Source: a virus
Taxonomy: Duplodnaviria > Caudoviricetes
DNA length: 64,000 nucleotides
Direction: 5' to 3' (one strand)
Virus record (IMG/VR): IMGVR_UViG_3300022555_000032
Span: 1 to 64,000 of that record
Shown piece by piece: positions 15,001-21,557 of the stretch (position 1 is the first letter of the stretch; every line of letters begins with the position of its first letter). The notes below the pieces were generated by a model. It was not told the DNA's origin. It was given only the letters and a program-made list of their open reading frames with translations, and did no database searches. A program made the position numbers and the translations under genes.

Positions 15001-17216
15001 CCTATGATAATGGTACTCCAGTTGAAAGACCTAATGGATTTATCTTGTTCAGCAGAGACTCAAGAGAGGATAAATTCGCTCAGCAAGCTATTGATCGTGG
15101 ATTAACTGATGAAGACCTTAAAGCTTCTAAAGCATTAGTAGATGCTATTCACGAACAGATGGTTAAGAATTTCATGCATGCAAAGAATAGTCTTGGTTAT
15201 ATCTATAAGGCTGATGGAACTGAATACACTGTAGAAGATGCAGAAAAGGATCTATTAGCCGAAACCTCCTATCAAAAAGGAATGATTCCTATTATTCAGA
15301 TGTCTTCCAGCGAACAACTTTCCCAGGCATTTGGAGATATGGACTTCGCAGCCTTTGGTAAAGCTTTAAAAGCAAAGATGTTCGAAATGACAAATATGAA
15401 TGAACTCTTTGCCAATATGGATCAGCAAAATTCTATAGATGAATCGTCAAGCACATTAGGAAATGTCTTCTGGTGGCAATTTGGGTTCAAGCAACTTACA
15501 GATAAGACGGAATTTGGCTATAAAGGAAGGATGGAAACCATGCTTGGCTTGAGACTTGAATCTAAACCAGATGGTACACCTTTCTGGAATGTGGTACGTG
15601 AAAATGGACAAACTCAGTCTAAAAGCGAAACAGTATCCCGGGATCTTGAGATGATCACCAACTACTTCCTTCTTACAAGCAAGAGAAGTATTGAATATGA
15701 AGAGAATGTTCTTCCGGTAATCAATGGTATCAAAGTACACCTGAGAGACCTTAAGACTAATGCTAACTTAGCCAAGGAATTTGAGACTGAAAATGTCATT
15801 AAGTACCTTGACTTATTTACCGATCATGCAATAAAGAGTAAAAGGATTCCTACTTTCGGACCTGGTGGAGTAAACTTGGATAAGAGTGTATTGGTTGCTC
15901 AGAACATAATAGCGCCCTACTTCCTTACCTTAAACTTCAATATAGGTATTATCTCAGCTATGAGTAATGGTCTCTTTGCTCACATTGAAGGAGTAAGTAG
16001 GACTCTTGTTAAAGTCTTCCACGATGCCGATATGCCTTACTTTGGAGAAGGAAACCTATTAACAGCTTCAGCCAGATTCTTTGATAATTTTGCTCTTATG
16101 GGTCAAATCATGCAGGAATATCAAGTAATGGATATGTCTGAAATGAGCATGGTAAGCGGAAGGATCAGAAGTAGGACTAAGAAATCTGTAATATCTGACT
16201 TTTGGGGCAACTGGTTTAACTGGTCTTCTGACTTCTACGCAAGAGGTGTAGTTGCAATGGCCCAGATGATGAAGGATGGATCCTGGGATGCTCATTACAT
16301 TAAAGAAGATGGTACTCTTGGATATGATGTAAAAAAGGATAGAAGGTTCTATAACGAAGATGGTACAAGAACTAAAGAACAAGAAGTCCTTTACGAGAAT
16401 ATGAAAAGAATGCAGATTAAAGACGGAATCATTAAGCAAGGAGAGGAACTTAAGTTAGCCTATGATCTTCAGACCATGGGAACACTTAAATTCTTATCTG
16501 ATAAATATGTAGTAGGATCCTTTGATAATACTGTTAAAGCTATGATTGGAGCTTCAACTGTTGGAGCTGCCTTTAAACTCTTTAAGACGTGGTTCTTCTC
16601 CAGGGTGACCAATGCTTTTCAGAACGGAACTGATCTTGACTCAGGTGGCTTCTATGTAACCGAGAAAGATAAGAACGGTAATGTTATTCCTAAATGGCAA
16701 AGGATTCATGTCGAAGGTTACTTAAGAACCTTATGGGATTTCGAAAAGGCTATAATGGTAGGAAAGGGAACTTCTTATTTAAAAAATACCACTGTAGAAC
16801 AGAAACAGAACTTGTATAAACTTGCTCTAAATCTTACCTTATCAATAGGTGGTATCATGATGTTTGCTGCATTAGTACAGGGATTTAACTCTACTGATGA
16901 AGAAAGAAAGAAGAAACCTATTCCTCCTTATCGTTTAATCCGGAATATTAAATACAGTCTTGAATCATTACTGGTCCTTCCAGTAATCTTTGAAATGATA
17001 CAGTCTCCATTTGCTTCTATGAACATTCTTCATAATATCTTTATGGATCCTTTCGGAAACTGGAGAATAGCTGCAGGTAAATTTCCAGCGCCTACTCAGA
17101 TTACTTCCATAGAAGAAGTCTTTAAAGGAATGGACCAGGTTCGTAAGGATAGAAAAGAAAAGGCTAAAGAAACTTCAGAAGAAAAAAAATTAGAGAATTT
17201 AACCATTAATCAATAA
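15..17216 (+). CDS. Giant virion RNA polymerase polyprotein (crAss-like), 5'-truncated; SF1 helicase + degenerate PD-(D/E)xK + zincin + double-psi-barrel RNAP + zincin + helical C-terminal domain
   Basis: RNAP signature R-I-P (aa 3510) followed by GSDFDSD (aa 3546-3552); Walker A AYSGTGKST (aa 364-372) with SF1 motifs; HEAWH (aa 1768) and HELAH (aa 4363); frame is open upstream of nt 15 (D-I-I-N-M), so the true start is probably outside the window. Confidence 0.85.
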   Translation: MLENTFGEKGKLTNWMEANLGFIQKKVENSDETKEHSPLLNNPLGRIDDNLKQSYEDWYKNKLKPNVITPIQAKIDRSIADKKIKQMRNMANREELGISFIEMLNVAFAGKLDKDAEKTLADAEKALDDLSKMEIDGKQYERLYDLLDKYLNLDDTKPETFPTRNAIEKRFIETHHIIVQAYTKLSGKLGPVEQELLDSLGEYVYDLNSFEVRYAIRNDKSGDVGLLTAESYAKGKDVFTKIRFQDNEKRIALGRQDPLSEEYSFFQEYSLYLAHRINVAGTEGSPTWEQLYQMYDDVLNSEFTKEGNPIYGENSRLGTVEQQEALIHLLGWYYNPSQKYLIDNIKKDQYVKNRTWDNAILLRAYSGTGKSTWMFQHFLNAILLQKGITDGKFKATVVLPNSGLTKTFNENLKTLNEKFPKLELQIIYSDDLIKGNIIDADSDFVWLEEASLYRKEDVANIHKNIGDKKVIIVGDDGQTTPDGSNPTWYTFQGVCEKTLPMTESFRGNSLTVFNDLFSWGRQQFFNPMSTTGIDWSTMSKGKWKFGQDGRGPIGLRVVRSKEEILQDFKEFMGIIKGQDMEFPSEKENAILIVATTLDKQILLKEHPDLQNFTDNIKTIQYDLDYIMANDKYREENISGIEKEFVFIYSDWSANNNIEKKDIQDLATETGTSPIDPYVASTTLGKTQARHILTATTRAKRFLVMINPEANESTQTIDHALPDDKIDGFGPHAQETTPEQVQLMQRISSAAIEGRHNYTKTPGTGGSVVQSDDLIFNSELTTNAKKELATNENIIKFTSQLSPTFNTNDQHVTNLTQLTSLLSESTKPSEISTSNALANNVHREAILCALDPDRSEVKGIALMEQFLDVYMKVTSVTYKKEDIPDIAETVFHRWKMPIIQSDLSKLINNPLAVIAHNVSFNGFSGEPPIIEVVGYDKKTNKPIVNITDFTFANVTEASEYSKSKLGVYAALAEANGAIINRLNIIPVQINSKGKFMGTNYGETINLSMEERSKYVLNGKSIVGSTTPTTQTFASVEQMLQSARTVDYDYAGIKIGGYYFNRTTGTRDQVTGLEINAKGDVVVNIATKNGSNKAFKLDTFTQTFSFASMKDINPLYKESAVSSFNGDKVTGTSHAFAIAPLIGSSLLNGNFYQSNIIKLRQLVRDKIRSLGPLTKRLYVNGKDTLGLVSINDNGNAIEAYDNWKYVVTNELDESQIIGLISNKLFNKLLRDKIYVKRTKTYENQPIRPVSWSSIEELKQKIQNDFNNNPNINIAKYVEDSTSSNYSLEKLNEFYNTINSIITDEQLYHIFKSFGLHIVSMDYESEYDYKDAEGKIPLKIFADPNSEISKAAVDYINTGNEKVFDLLNRDGFTQRYVPADQKNQDIAKQANVELNIYRLKMIKMLHDGIEVKTTIQDTKRNLIYSDEPVSFKDFTENMEARGFIFEMKGNNIDIATKRVKVGKNKKTFFTITAKTPEKTYIEIRFDGSRLGTDLHSVISTLLSGLEPDITLQGMGNVFDDLDKLGDKIGEMKGIADEAARKITVGQAVQNLRDAFDELPVVQFFRHNMSVFNEQMKTNEAFRTYASQFFDVGLHSSKKTQELKPKGVTYQYQLQMISDFLKGLTVDKNVSTDGSIRLNNETEGFYLYNTPYTDSKDTVNPKNITTNVSAIGEPMVFTLRDTNIPKNSTIRFMQRGITNPSDIKMTNMDQVTREVYRIIGQRLTDNDRIYLKSPEEMKAMFNDDLYGAMLDAAIYLTKLGDGTLGNYFAGRHEAWHFVLHNLLNNETENRILELTKKEMVKKGLANSIEDITDSQAHEYGANMFMREDYKKHTLPGRIYQTIKRFLTWLKITAPDINWWMRKIDSGKYADAPILQNELEGVMFPMKSNWEYGSDKAHDRLKKTFGSDDRWTSIVSDRVMPELMDHSPYSRHFFEARNAGSKNMINRTIDAFLDKESQFGQERVTINQTINGENGEESVVHRFQLLVSEMTTEDYMVAMSSNTQDNLRAMYKYENYHLSNPNILLPMIQHIFGSVNIQKILDGQHTPKVTGISAWSKDSDIIMPEQSLSKMFLLLFNSMPLWDYNTKKISRDGRRNPKRVDAKNLDTLMMTVSTLLQESGKPINDRSFLQAFKDVIKAHPGIKSGQQMELVNTAYSFLMEWGENPESKGIIYDPVKGEFVSEEGSDPPIGRWEMINNADMWSGAQGTPTRSLGRQSAARHDFEMDFQSMMENYRDAFSILKTYYLSRYSRRQAQFNTYFVDGTYFDFNTNTNSDLKIFLSNIRGVLKDNLYTTEGTQINESTIDAIMPGDNQQYDIDLVKNQLLRKVKDGDKFKFIPVLGHDLGVSTELVKFMKFLGLDGFNEEIFSALKEDYRREVQSNLVTAFKLLKLGALITKFQNNNHYDVNEEGSGKNFLSAMSSLDTPDAKEIVSLINSIEKDYAKKENLFDLTNISNLKKANLYQVSQGMKLPEIMDMHKFFEGISTPYNYIKDVFASRVVRGVLGTYKSENPLGSLIAQMFAGTTTSNSRLAVDIQKRAEDHISNGLKIESPFFSKGENGQPVFNNPIMSKKISMDYLYTMDGVEGWKNANEWTTMSVNDKLRGLFEACVWGNQIITGSKSNVPSFPAFIDTLSDKKSKYFTVIRFMDKQYAQQSLLFTERDQYKHKIRETIVNGAAVGSILIDFVKYYDALRTTTKERFDNAKGNTFNLVKDRDYVVNKDGSIGLGNAIIQPNNPYNNIHLEPNSSDIDVYNSAKKAHQQFYDNLVAIMNDAAYQMPTHIASQFATFPVEDISYSEAITDKIQAKESKSLSEWRKEAEKLTHISRNEAGVVEDGEDDNSKAIWKHYKTIQDHAVQQMVKSGYKYISSDGNVIWHPIIEAAYWGHHIFNESVSHLIRGNQFEYHDVVDYIKRGSGITIEGLNYNVNQNEDNITGIAKESRILITKDIKFDDPYYGKTNKLFDGAMYLNPVDALDYEHAMGGLIGILGDGPQKNVLFQHDPVAYNSLYVKMDHFPRSAYDYENSDIDKQMVHMMLGPVISKWLTEYYEPLVKNPLTPVELESLSGQLKTDIERGYDDEGNVVKMIGNLPVTIKNRLLSDFNDAILDVSRHLQKDEWIINGKEYDTKELRKTMINWIGFESTIKTGITRVNDLFNSQEGELSHIGKAIEDPTYDLNALFNSDDKLITVNNANLRLQTITAQGTESTMKNYPTQISNIIGIMDKNSAYGKAIQNAIAGFVGVAAEKLDAMSPKEITDMLAKRGSKYLYERGDGSLMSKILSDPSIVPDVVRAKQLLEVVNYFNDYIKPDMPGNTYIQEPSTHQLFVIKDANGKELLHGWRDLNGTQKIDVQKKTGIISRRGLQSARYVVDNSEINPETGKGYTKEEIKSIINSDPSRVQYRPADLILAYPNAREFGITNENTLASVVSYHQDGKLYSLYEEWNNRWTNEMYRDFFTNLWADKTTDDILLGFDANVSKQIRRNAQKRTEKLGRAIFKDDLVIAAANYFHNFNNSLDVFFTRIPTSNASSASVARIVGFVWDKQNSAVLNPNKNLFDGSDFDSDPLQLYFRTFDREGRLSQEGEDKLDGFRNNLFEAFRGYYMDSTHNFDMVTEPIELQRLRDIRDHKMDTDKRTQLGSTLGTMFDMDYVNHMSKNMVGFMANIENFVGKLLHLSFQERTTLADSGALSKELGLLVDPSQQQHIPKAISFIANLINAATDSAKEGGLLGSLNLDYQITNLVLGMMLTGTQEGNFTDEIFSQLVSNEEKTRGVVESLINKQKRIKIDDYHTNLLMSLSAIRNTYKDAKDDESVAICNQFLKYAVIGQAVRNLGSIARIQSRELDVKAANFYMLKNEVEYALGSSLEDFLKLSEDPSSETFKNRYAVNEQIGWVEQHSPSNKSKNKKGYLFESDIRSTINVPYIVSLQPNLKAMVVALNSAYKAMTKVFVNERVQSIDGTPLIMSVISQKLNPKNPGGLKYEAQFEAYEFAMRQTLVGLYLNDEFTDLVQSTIDDNGKSSTRKYNLSSNFSRYWFAANFPDYVRNLKNQYTKNLFIDRLESLSDKRLGLTKTVFVNSNYLSNAQKAMYHESFNQLPLDVKRNFHAYQLLLNGFEQRNGGYFDLMDKDIATNYSNWQKERATNSRISSLSDKIAEDIIVKRSDAFIDRDNSKKPWKTYYKQIGSKFFNPRIYKMVNGEPTPINNIYPEWLNTYGALESNVSYEKTFKYATPKELKILHEKGTINLARPSISLTTGKKLDEKQSEFHYVRSEDTVVLPDGSVGIIRNQTYEKDGVTKENNKRVVITLQQPKYYARFGQSTVRNGSKMAELFVDRLKRLMPMIDIKIGTSMDTDGALAKFNDNGSLTINEELLSPETAIHELAHPLLLIKKYMDPEGYQKMVTEANKFMDENPVFAQKMRQEYNINDKVAFEMEVIANIVGLNSFKNMQAYLNFHGITQPDIQWSFWKRMRMHIEQFWSSMRKIIGQVFGIDRSFKGNTISDLSNYLYDSWVSGSMVTAITSQELSAMMNGGTFSSRFASESIKDTGGLLNELRNTSNQAEWTDEQKIAEARRCINPLTGKMSDYFDPAETKFAETDSPASKDKLLKLYKAFNGKRNEYASQFIRWIKETGGSTSKEASIKYFGQNERGEPLIATGNLETLKRQLNFGFEDTKYYLYNDLSGTEHKDLYHPDLKMDNVIVSINKIDGRRVVNIYSISKERIGGTSTLTNGKGLIDGLMNMRNAAVAGIDYNSTNEDVAAVGIGLIHRYLVNTFDDVDVDNIGYINVAMSEKKTNDLYMIDPVRNRRNIEALSRIPSFMSSLSNGLIKEIFQYTNLRDANPNYEEMLKSFYRFNNQDDLWKSNMNTFILDKNNLSDQDKISIVNTRLRTLLGNRTEDTMNKWGPMDLKEVNLLLHTLKDLRYIGFMSGQMNEFNGPNKFEMLLSDGPSISNDDIQFARRVATETSRGIVRDMNETKKKINFAFDHFRKEYASTKVYLNDASKTMFDRLFATMTAYDNGTPVERPNGFILFSRDSREDKFAQQAIDRGLTDEDLKASKALVDAIHEQMVKNFMHAKNSLGYIYKADGTEYTVEDAEKDLLAETSYQKGMIPIIQMSSSEQLSQAFGDMDFAAFGKALKAKMFEMTNMNELFANMDQQNSIDESSSTLGNVFWWQFGFKQLTDKTEFGYKGRMETMLGLRLESKPDGTPFWNVVRENGQTQSKSETVSRDLEMITNYFLLTSKRSIEYEENVLPVINGIKVHLRDLKTNANLAKEFETENVIKYLDLFTDHAIKSKRIPTFGPGGVNLDKSVLVAQNIIAPYFLTLNFNIGIISAMSNGLFAHIEGVSRTLVKVFHDADMPYFGEGNLLTASARFFDNFALMGQIMQEYQVMDMSEMSMVSGRIRSRTKKSVISDFWGNWFNWSSDFYARGVVAMAQMMKDGSWDAHYIKEDGTLGYDVKKDRRFYNEDGTRTKEQEVLYENMKRMQIKDGIIKQGEELKLAYDLQTMGTLKFLSDKYVVGSFDNTVKAMIGASTVGAAFKLFKTWFFSRVTNAFQNGTDLDSGGFYVTEKDKNGNVIPKWQRIHVEGYLRTLWDFEKAIMVGKGTSYLKNTTVEQKQNLYKLALNLTLSIGGIMMFAALVQGFNSTDEERKKKPIPPYRLIRNIKYSLESLLVLPVIFEMIQSPFASMNILHNIFMDPFGNWRIAAGKFPAPTQITSIEEVFKGMDQVRKDRKEKAKETSEEKKLENLTINQ
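10656..10670 (+). other. RNAP catalytic DxDxD motif (DFDSD)
   Basis: gac ttt gac tct gac, 38 codons after RIP at 10542; matches the spacing in two-barrel RNAPs (NADFDGD; DFDID in phi14:2-type enzymes). Confidence 0.85.
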
Positions 17217-17221
17217 TAGTT

Positions 17222-17863
17222 ATGGCACTACCAGTATTTACAATACTTAAAACCTCCTGTTATAATTATACTATCACTAACAATCAAAGTGATAGTTGGG
17301 CGGTACGGGTTTATACCTTTGAAGACTATAAGAATGGCAATCCACCATTCATAATTGAGAGTCTTGGAACTGATTTAGACTATGATCTTGTTCTTCCCGA
17401 TGGAGACAATGTCTATATCATCAAGTTATCAACTGCTTCTACTCAGGTAATTATTGATCCGGAAGACAAGACAGCTCAAGATGTAACCAATTACTACATG
17501 GTGATCTATGAATATTGTGCCCTTGAACAATGTTTCCAGCTATTACTTAAGGATTTACTCTGTAACGAGACTTTGTGCAATCCTAATACAGACTGTGCCG
17601 GAAATGATTTGATGAACGCTGAGGGTCTAAAACGCATTGAAATCATGAAGATATCGGTACTGTATCTTGAGATGCTCATGCTTATCCATGCCGAACAGAT
17701 GGCCTACTTAGATAAGTTTGAATTTGATGAATCCCGGGAAGATCGTTTACAAAGAGCAAATGATAATATCAAGAGGATCCAAACCATTTTACTGCATTGT
17801 GGTTTATGTGGATCAGTTACCTTTGGTCAATCAAATTGTTCACCCTGTTCAAGTTGTAACTAA
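17222..17863 (+). CDS. Hypothetical protein, Cys-rich C-terminus (probable virion/tail-associated)
   Basis: 213 aa ORF 5 nt after the giant ORF; ends CGLCG...CSPCSSCN. Confidence 0.6.
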   Translation: MALPVFTILKTSCYNYTITNNQSDSWAVRVYTFEDYKNGNPPFIIESLGTDLDYDLVLPDGDNVYIIKLSTASTQVIIDPEDKTAQDVTNYYMVIYEYCALEQCFQLLLKDLLCNETLCNPNTDCAGNDLMNAEGLKRIEIMKISVLYLEMLMLIHAEQMAYLDKFEFDESREDRLQRANDNIKRIQTILLHCGLCGSVTFGQSNCSPCSSCN

Positions 17864-18348
17864 TGGAAAATACGTTTATTAACTTTATCGACCTGGATAC
17901 GCCCCCTAACGATATCCAGAAACTCATAGCAGACTACTATGATGGAATGTCTCCTATGATCGAACAGATCAAAGCTAAACTCTTCCAACAAGATGTATTA
18001 GGAGAATCACTATGCGGATACTATCTATTAATGGATATAGAGTTTTTATTAATCTATCTCCTTCTGCTCAATAAGAAGATGAATGAGATCAGAGGATCGG
18101 AACCATGTGCCGTATTAACATCTGAAGACAAGAATACCTTGCTTGAGGAATGGAAACTTGAGTGTATAAGAAAGACATTTCTTTGTAAAGGAGTCAAGGT
18201 TGATAAAGTTCTTAAACTTAATATCCTTCCAGCATATAAATCATTTGATGTAGGAACCAACATTGGTGATGTAGGAATAGGATTTATGTATATTGAGGGT
18301 CCAGAGACAAACGACTGCACAAACAAAGAAACATTCATCGTTAAATAA
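17863..18348 (+). CDS. Hypothetical protein (probable virion-associated)
   Basis: 161 aa, TAATG coupling to the previous gene. Confidence 0.6.
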   Translation: MENTFINFIDLDTPPNDIQKLIADYYDGMSPMIEQIKAKLFQQDVLGESLCGYYLLMDIEFLLIYLLLLNKKMNEIRGSEPCAVLTSEDKNTLLEEWKLECIRKTFLCKGVKVDKVLKLNILPAYKSFDVGTNIGDVGIGFMYIEGPETNDCTNKETFIVK

Positions 18349-18356
18349 TCATAGCC

Positions 18357-19946
18357 ATGTCAGCAACAAAACATTTAAAAGCCTATTTTACAAGTTTTCC
18401 TCAGACAGAGGATCAGCCAGGATTCAATACACATAACCATCCTACAGAAGCAATGTTTATTAATCTGTTTGCCAGTATTCCTTTCTTCCTTAACTATGGA
18501 GATAAGGCTACTACAACAGAACAAGGACTTGCAATGGCAGCGATTGATGCTAATTGTTATACCTTCTTATCAAACAATCCTGCAAATGCTGGTATAGGAA
18601 TAGCTTTCACCCAACCTCATCAGTTACCGGAAATGACATTAATTTCCAGCACTGCTATGACTGATGAATGGTCTATTGAATATGGGCTAGGAATGAAAGT
18701 AACACATCCGGCCCGTACATACGGAAATGGAACAAGGTATAACATCAGATTGGCCTATGATTATGTCTATTTTGATTTAACTGAAGAAGGACATCTTACC
18801 TTTCAAGGACAGTTACCAAGTGATCCGGCCCAGGATACAACTTACTACTACAGTTATATCGATGGTACCTTCTCATGGATTCCAATTAATAGCGGAGGAT
18901 CAAGTTTATGGTCAGTAGTAAGTGATATTGTTCAGACAGATGGTACTCAAGATGTTTCAATTGGAACAAGAAAATTTTATGCAGGGAATATCCAGCTTAA
19001 GGAAGGTGCCAATAGACTTATTGAGTTAGGAAACTCAACTACTGGTAATGGGTATCGATTATTGGTAAAAGCTGGTAATGGATTTCAGACAGCAGATATA
19101 GGTGGAGATATCGCTTTATGTGGTGGTTATGGTCAAGGGGGCGCTGATCATGGGAACACCTTAATTGGACACAATGGATCTGGACACATTGGAAGAACAG
19201 GTATAGGTGGGCTCCCTATTACCGAAGATATTAATATCAACTATCTTGATTATCGTTGTACTGTTTGGAATGGTATCGCTTACTCAGGTAAGTTATATAA
19301 TTTTGTTGTAGGAGGAGGTGGTCCTAATCCTAAAATTACCGCCCCTGAATTTATTATGGCTTTTGATTCTGATGGTGCAGCTGAACCTTATACATTTACT
19401 GCAACCAGGTCAAAGATCTTTCCAACAGCTATAGGCGCTCAGTTACCCATCTACGATGCAACAGAAGGCATTACGGCATGGAAATCTGTTTCTCTAAGCA
19501 AACATGTTACTATTGATAAAGACGGTGCTGTAACGCTTGCAAATGGTATTATCAAGGCAGAACACTTAGCTTCTGATTTATTAGTACCAACATCAAAGAT
19601 TCAATCAACAATAGATGTAATTGCAGATTCAGTATCAACTTATGCAGTTACAAGTGCCAATAAAGTTATCTTAGTAAGTGTAGCTGCAGGAGGAACATCA
19701 TTTAACCTACCTTCATGCACACCAGCTAATAAACTTGCTATCCGGATCATAGTAGATGGACAGCAAGGTGCATTAGCAAATATTTATCTTCAAGCTGTAG
19801 GTTCAGAATCAATATGGTATCTTGCATCTGACTCCAACAGGATTACATTATCTGATCTTGACCAGGGATCTATTATTGATCTTTATGGTGGAAGAGATGG
19901 AACATGGAGAGCAGTCGTGACTAAAACTATTTATCCAGAAACATAA
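18357..19946 (+). CDS. Putative tail fibre/spike protein
   Basis: 529 aa, Gly-rich beta-repeat middle (GGYGQGGADHGNT), C-terminal beta domain of fibre type; last gene before terminator. Confidence 0.55.
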   Translation: MSATKHLKAYFTSFPQTEDQPGFNTHNHPTEAMFINLFASIPFFLNYGDKATTTEQGLAMAAIDANCYTFLSNNPANAGIGIAFTQPHQLPEMTLISSTAMTDEWSIEYGLGMKVTHPARTYGNGTRYNIRLAYDYVYFDLTEEGHLTFQGQLPSDPAQDTTYYYSYIDGTFSWIPINSGGSSLWSVVSDIVQTDGTQDVSIGTRKFYAGNIQLKEGANRLIELGNSTTGNGYRLLVKAGNGFQTADIGGDIALCGGYGQGGADHGNTLIGHNGSGHIGRTGIGGLPITEDININYLDYRCTVWNGIAYSGKLYNFVVGGGGPNPKITAPEFIMAFDSDGAAEPYTFTATRSKIFPTAIGAQLPIYDATEGITAWKSVSLSKHVTIDKDGAVTLANGIIKAEHLASDLLVPTSKIQSTIDVIADSVSTYAVTSANKVILVSVAAGGTSFNLPSCTPANKLAIRIIVDGQQGALANIYLQAVGSESIWYLASDSNRITLSDLDQGSIIDLYGGRDGTWRAVVTKTIYPET

Positions 19947-19947
19947 T

Positions 19948-19982
19948 AAAAAAAAGCCTGAAACCATTTAAGGTCTCAGGCT
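19948..19982 (-). terminator. Intrinsic terminator for leftward block
   Basis: Minus strand AGCCTGAGACC/GGTTTCAGGCT 11-bp stem (one G-U) then U8. Confidence 0.8.
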
Positions 19983-20012
19983 AGGTAAAATCAACTACTA
20001 TTAACCAACAAG

Positions 20013-20050
20013 AGAGACTATCATTTATTTGGTAGTCTCTTTTTCTTTTT
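20013..20050 (+). terminator. Intrinsic terminator for rightward RNAP/tail block
   Basis: AGAGACTATCA/TGGTAGTCTCT stem (one G-U) then TTTTCTTTTT. Confidence 0.8.
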
Positions 20051-20080
20051 CAGTAATGAAAGTTGCAATGGCAAAGGCAC

Positions 20081-20650
20081 TCATAAAAGTTTATTGCTTT
20101 TTCTTAGATTATCAATATACCATAAAGGCTGTAAATTAGATAATGACCAACACTCTTTAAATTCTTTATCATTTATAGATTCATATTTAAAAGAAGATAT
20201 TGGTTTTTTATGATCAATGTGCCATCCATATTTACTATGATTTTCCCATGTCATCCCAGGTAAAAATTGTTTTTCTAAATGAATTTTTAATTCTTCCATA
20301 GTATAACCAATAGTACTTTTATGAGATATTCCAGGTTGATGTTTTTTAATCCGTTCACTAATATAATTACTCATCATTTGGCTTAATCTATAAACAATAT
20401 TATTTTTCATCGCTTGCTTTTGATTAGTAAGTTTTTGTGTTTTTCGATCAGAATATTTTTTATTCCATGCTTGTTTACCACTCATATTAAAATCTTGTTG
20501 TAATCTTAGATTATAAGTATGTTTAGCCGCACAAGAACGAGAACAATATTTAGCTATATTTTTACGATATAATCTAACATTGAATAATTTGTTACAATGT
20601 AAACAAACTAAATCAACTTTAGTGCTAATATTTCCTTTAAGTCCTTTCAT
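20081..20650 (-). mobile_element. Free-standing HNH homing endonuclease with N-terminal Zn-finger/TRASH-like region
   Basis: CLHC...YCSRSC; WHIDHKKP...NLQPLW..DNLRK HNH motif; markedly AT-rich relative to neighbours. Confidence 0.8.
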
Positions 20651-21101
20651 TTTGTTTTTCGGTTACATAAGTACAAATTGCAAATGCTTGCCACTCATCA
20701 CCAGAGAGTTTATATGTTATCCCAGGTGCTTTCTTAACTCCTGGTACTCCATACTTATCAATTAGTGCTGCACGTATGTTAGAATCCTTCGCACGCATTG
20801 AATTACAGTGCCACATTTTAACATCTTTACGATAGATTAATTCGGAATGAAGTTGTTGGTTAACACAACATTCTAAGAATCTACCTATCCATAGACAGGT
20901 TTCAAAAGTTTCTTTACCTACAGGCATTCCATAAGAAGCAATCATTTCTATATAGACCTTAGTTGATAATTCTGGATAAGATTTGATAAGTCTTCTTATA
21001 TCATCATTAAGAACCTTTCCATGATCTAATATAAATGTTCCATCCCATACTATATAGGCTGATTCAGTTGTTCCTGGATCGATCGCTATTATTCTTTTCA
21101 T
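20637..21101 (-). CDS. ruvC: RuvC-like Holliday junction resolvase
   Basis: IIAIDPG N-terminus, IEM acidic residue, C-terminal DEWQAFA helix. Confidence 0.75.
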   Translation of the reverse strand: MKRIIAIDPGTTESAYIVWDGTFILDHGKVLNDDIRRLIKSYPELSTKVYIEMIASYGMPVGKETFETCLWIGRFLECCVNQQLHSELIYRKDVKMWHCNSMRAKDSNIRAALIDKYGVPGVKKAPGITYKLSGDEWQAFAICTYVTEKQNERT

Positions 21102-21370
21102 GATTCTATGTTTTTGTTACCAAATAGAAAATTATATTCTTTCTTTCTCCATTCTTCATTAAACTTTTCTGCATTATGGCTAAGTTTAAGTTTGAGATTA
21201 AGGAATTTCTTTATTCCAAAAATCTTAATGTAGATACCTAACCTATGTTTACCACATATAGTACAGAAAGTATTAATGACTGGAATCTGATGAATGTCTC
21301 CAGATAGAAATTCAAATGCTATAGGATACTTGTGTCTATGGAGTTTCTTAATTGAGAAAGTCATAAGCAT
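21098..21370 (-). CDS. Hypothetical protein
   Basis: 90 aa, overlapping start/stop with neighbours, CTICG. Confidence 0.5.
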   Translation of the reverse strand: MLMTFSIKKLHRHKYPIAFEFLSGDIHQIPVINTFCTICGKHRLGIYIKIFGIKKFLNLKLKLSHNAEKFNEEWRKKEYNFLFGNKNIES

Positions 21371-21557
21371 AAGTTTCTTTAAAGAGTGTCCAGAAGGCTT
21401 TCTTATCTTCTACATGAACAACTACATGTCCTGTTTCAGCTTCAGGGTTTACTACCTGAGCAATTATTTTTCCTCCACAGTCTACAATATCTTTAATGTA
21501 GGTGTCAAGATCTCCCTGGTGTTCACATTCATAAAATGATAGTTCTAGTTTTTCCAT
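21348..21557 (-). CDS. Hypothetical protein
   Basis: 69 aa, coupled to neighbours. Confidence 0.55.
   Translation of the reverse strand: MEKLELSFYECEHQGDLDTYIKDIVDCGGKIIAQVVNPEAETGHVVVHVEDKKAFWTLFKETYAYDFLN

Noticed and set aside
2191-16439. Short alternative-frame and antisense ORFs within the giant gene (likewise within DnaB, SMC-like, TerL and portal genes)
   Set aside because: No motifs, no leaders; composition typical of shadow frames
15-17216. Stop-codon reassignment (TAG/TGA), common in some crAss-like phages
   Set aside because: A 5733-codon ORF, TerL and portal are intact under code 11, and TAG/TGA end normally coupled genes
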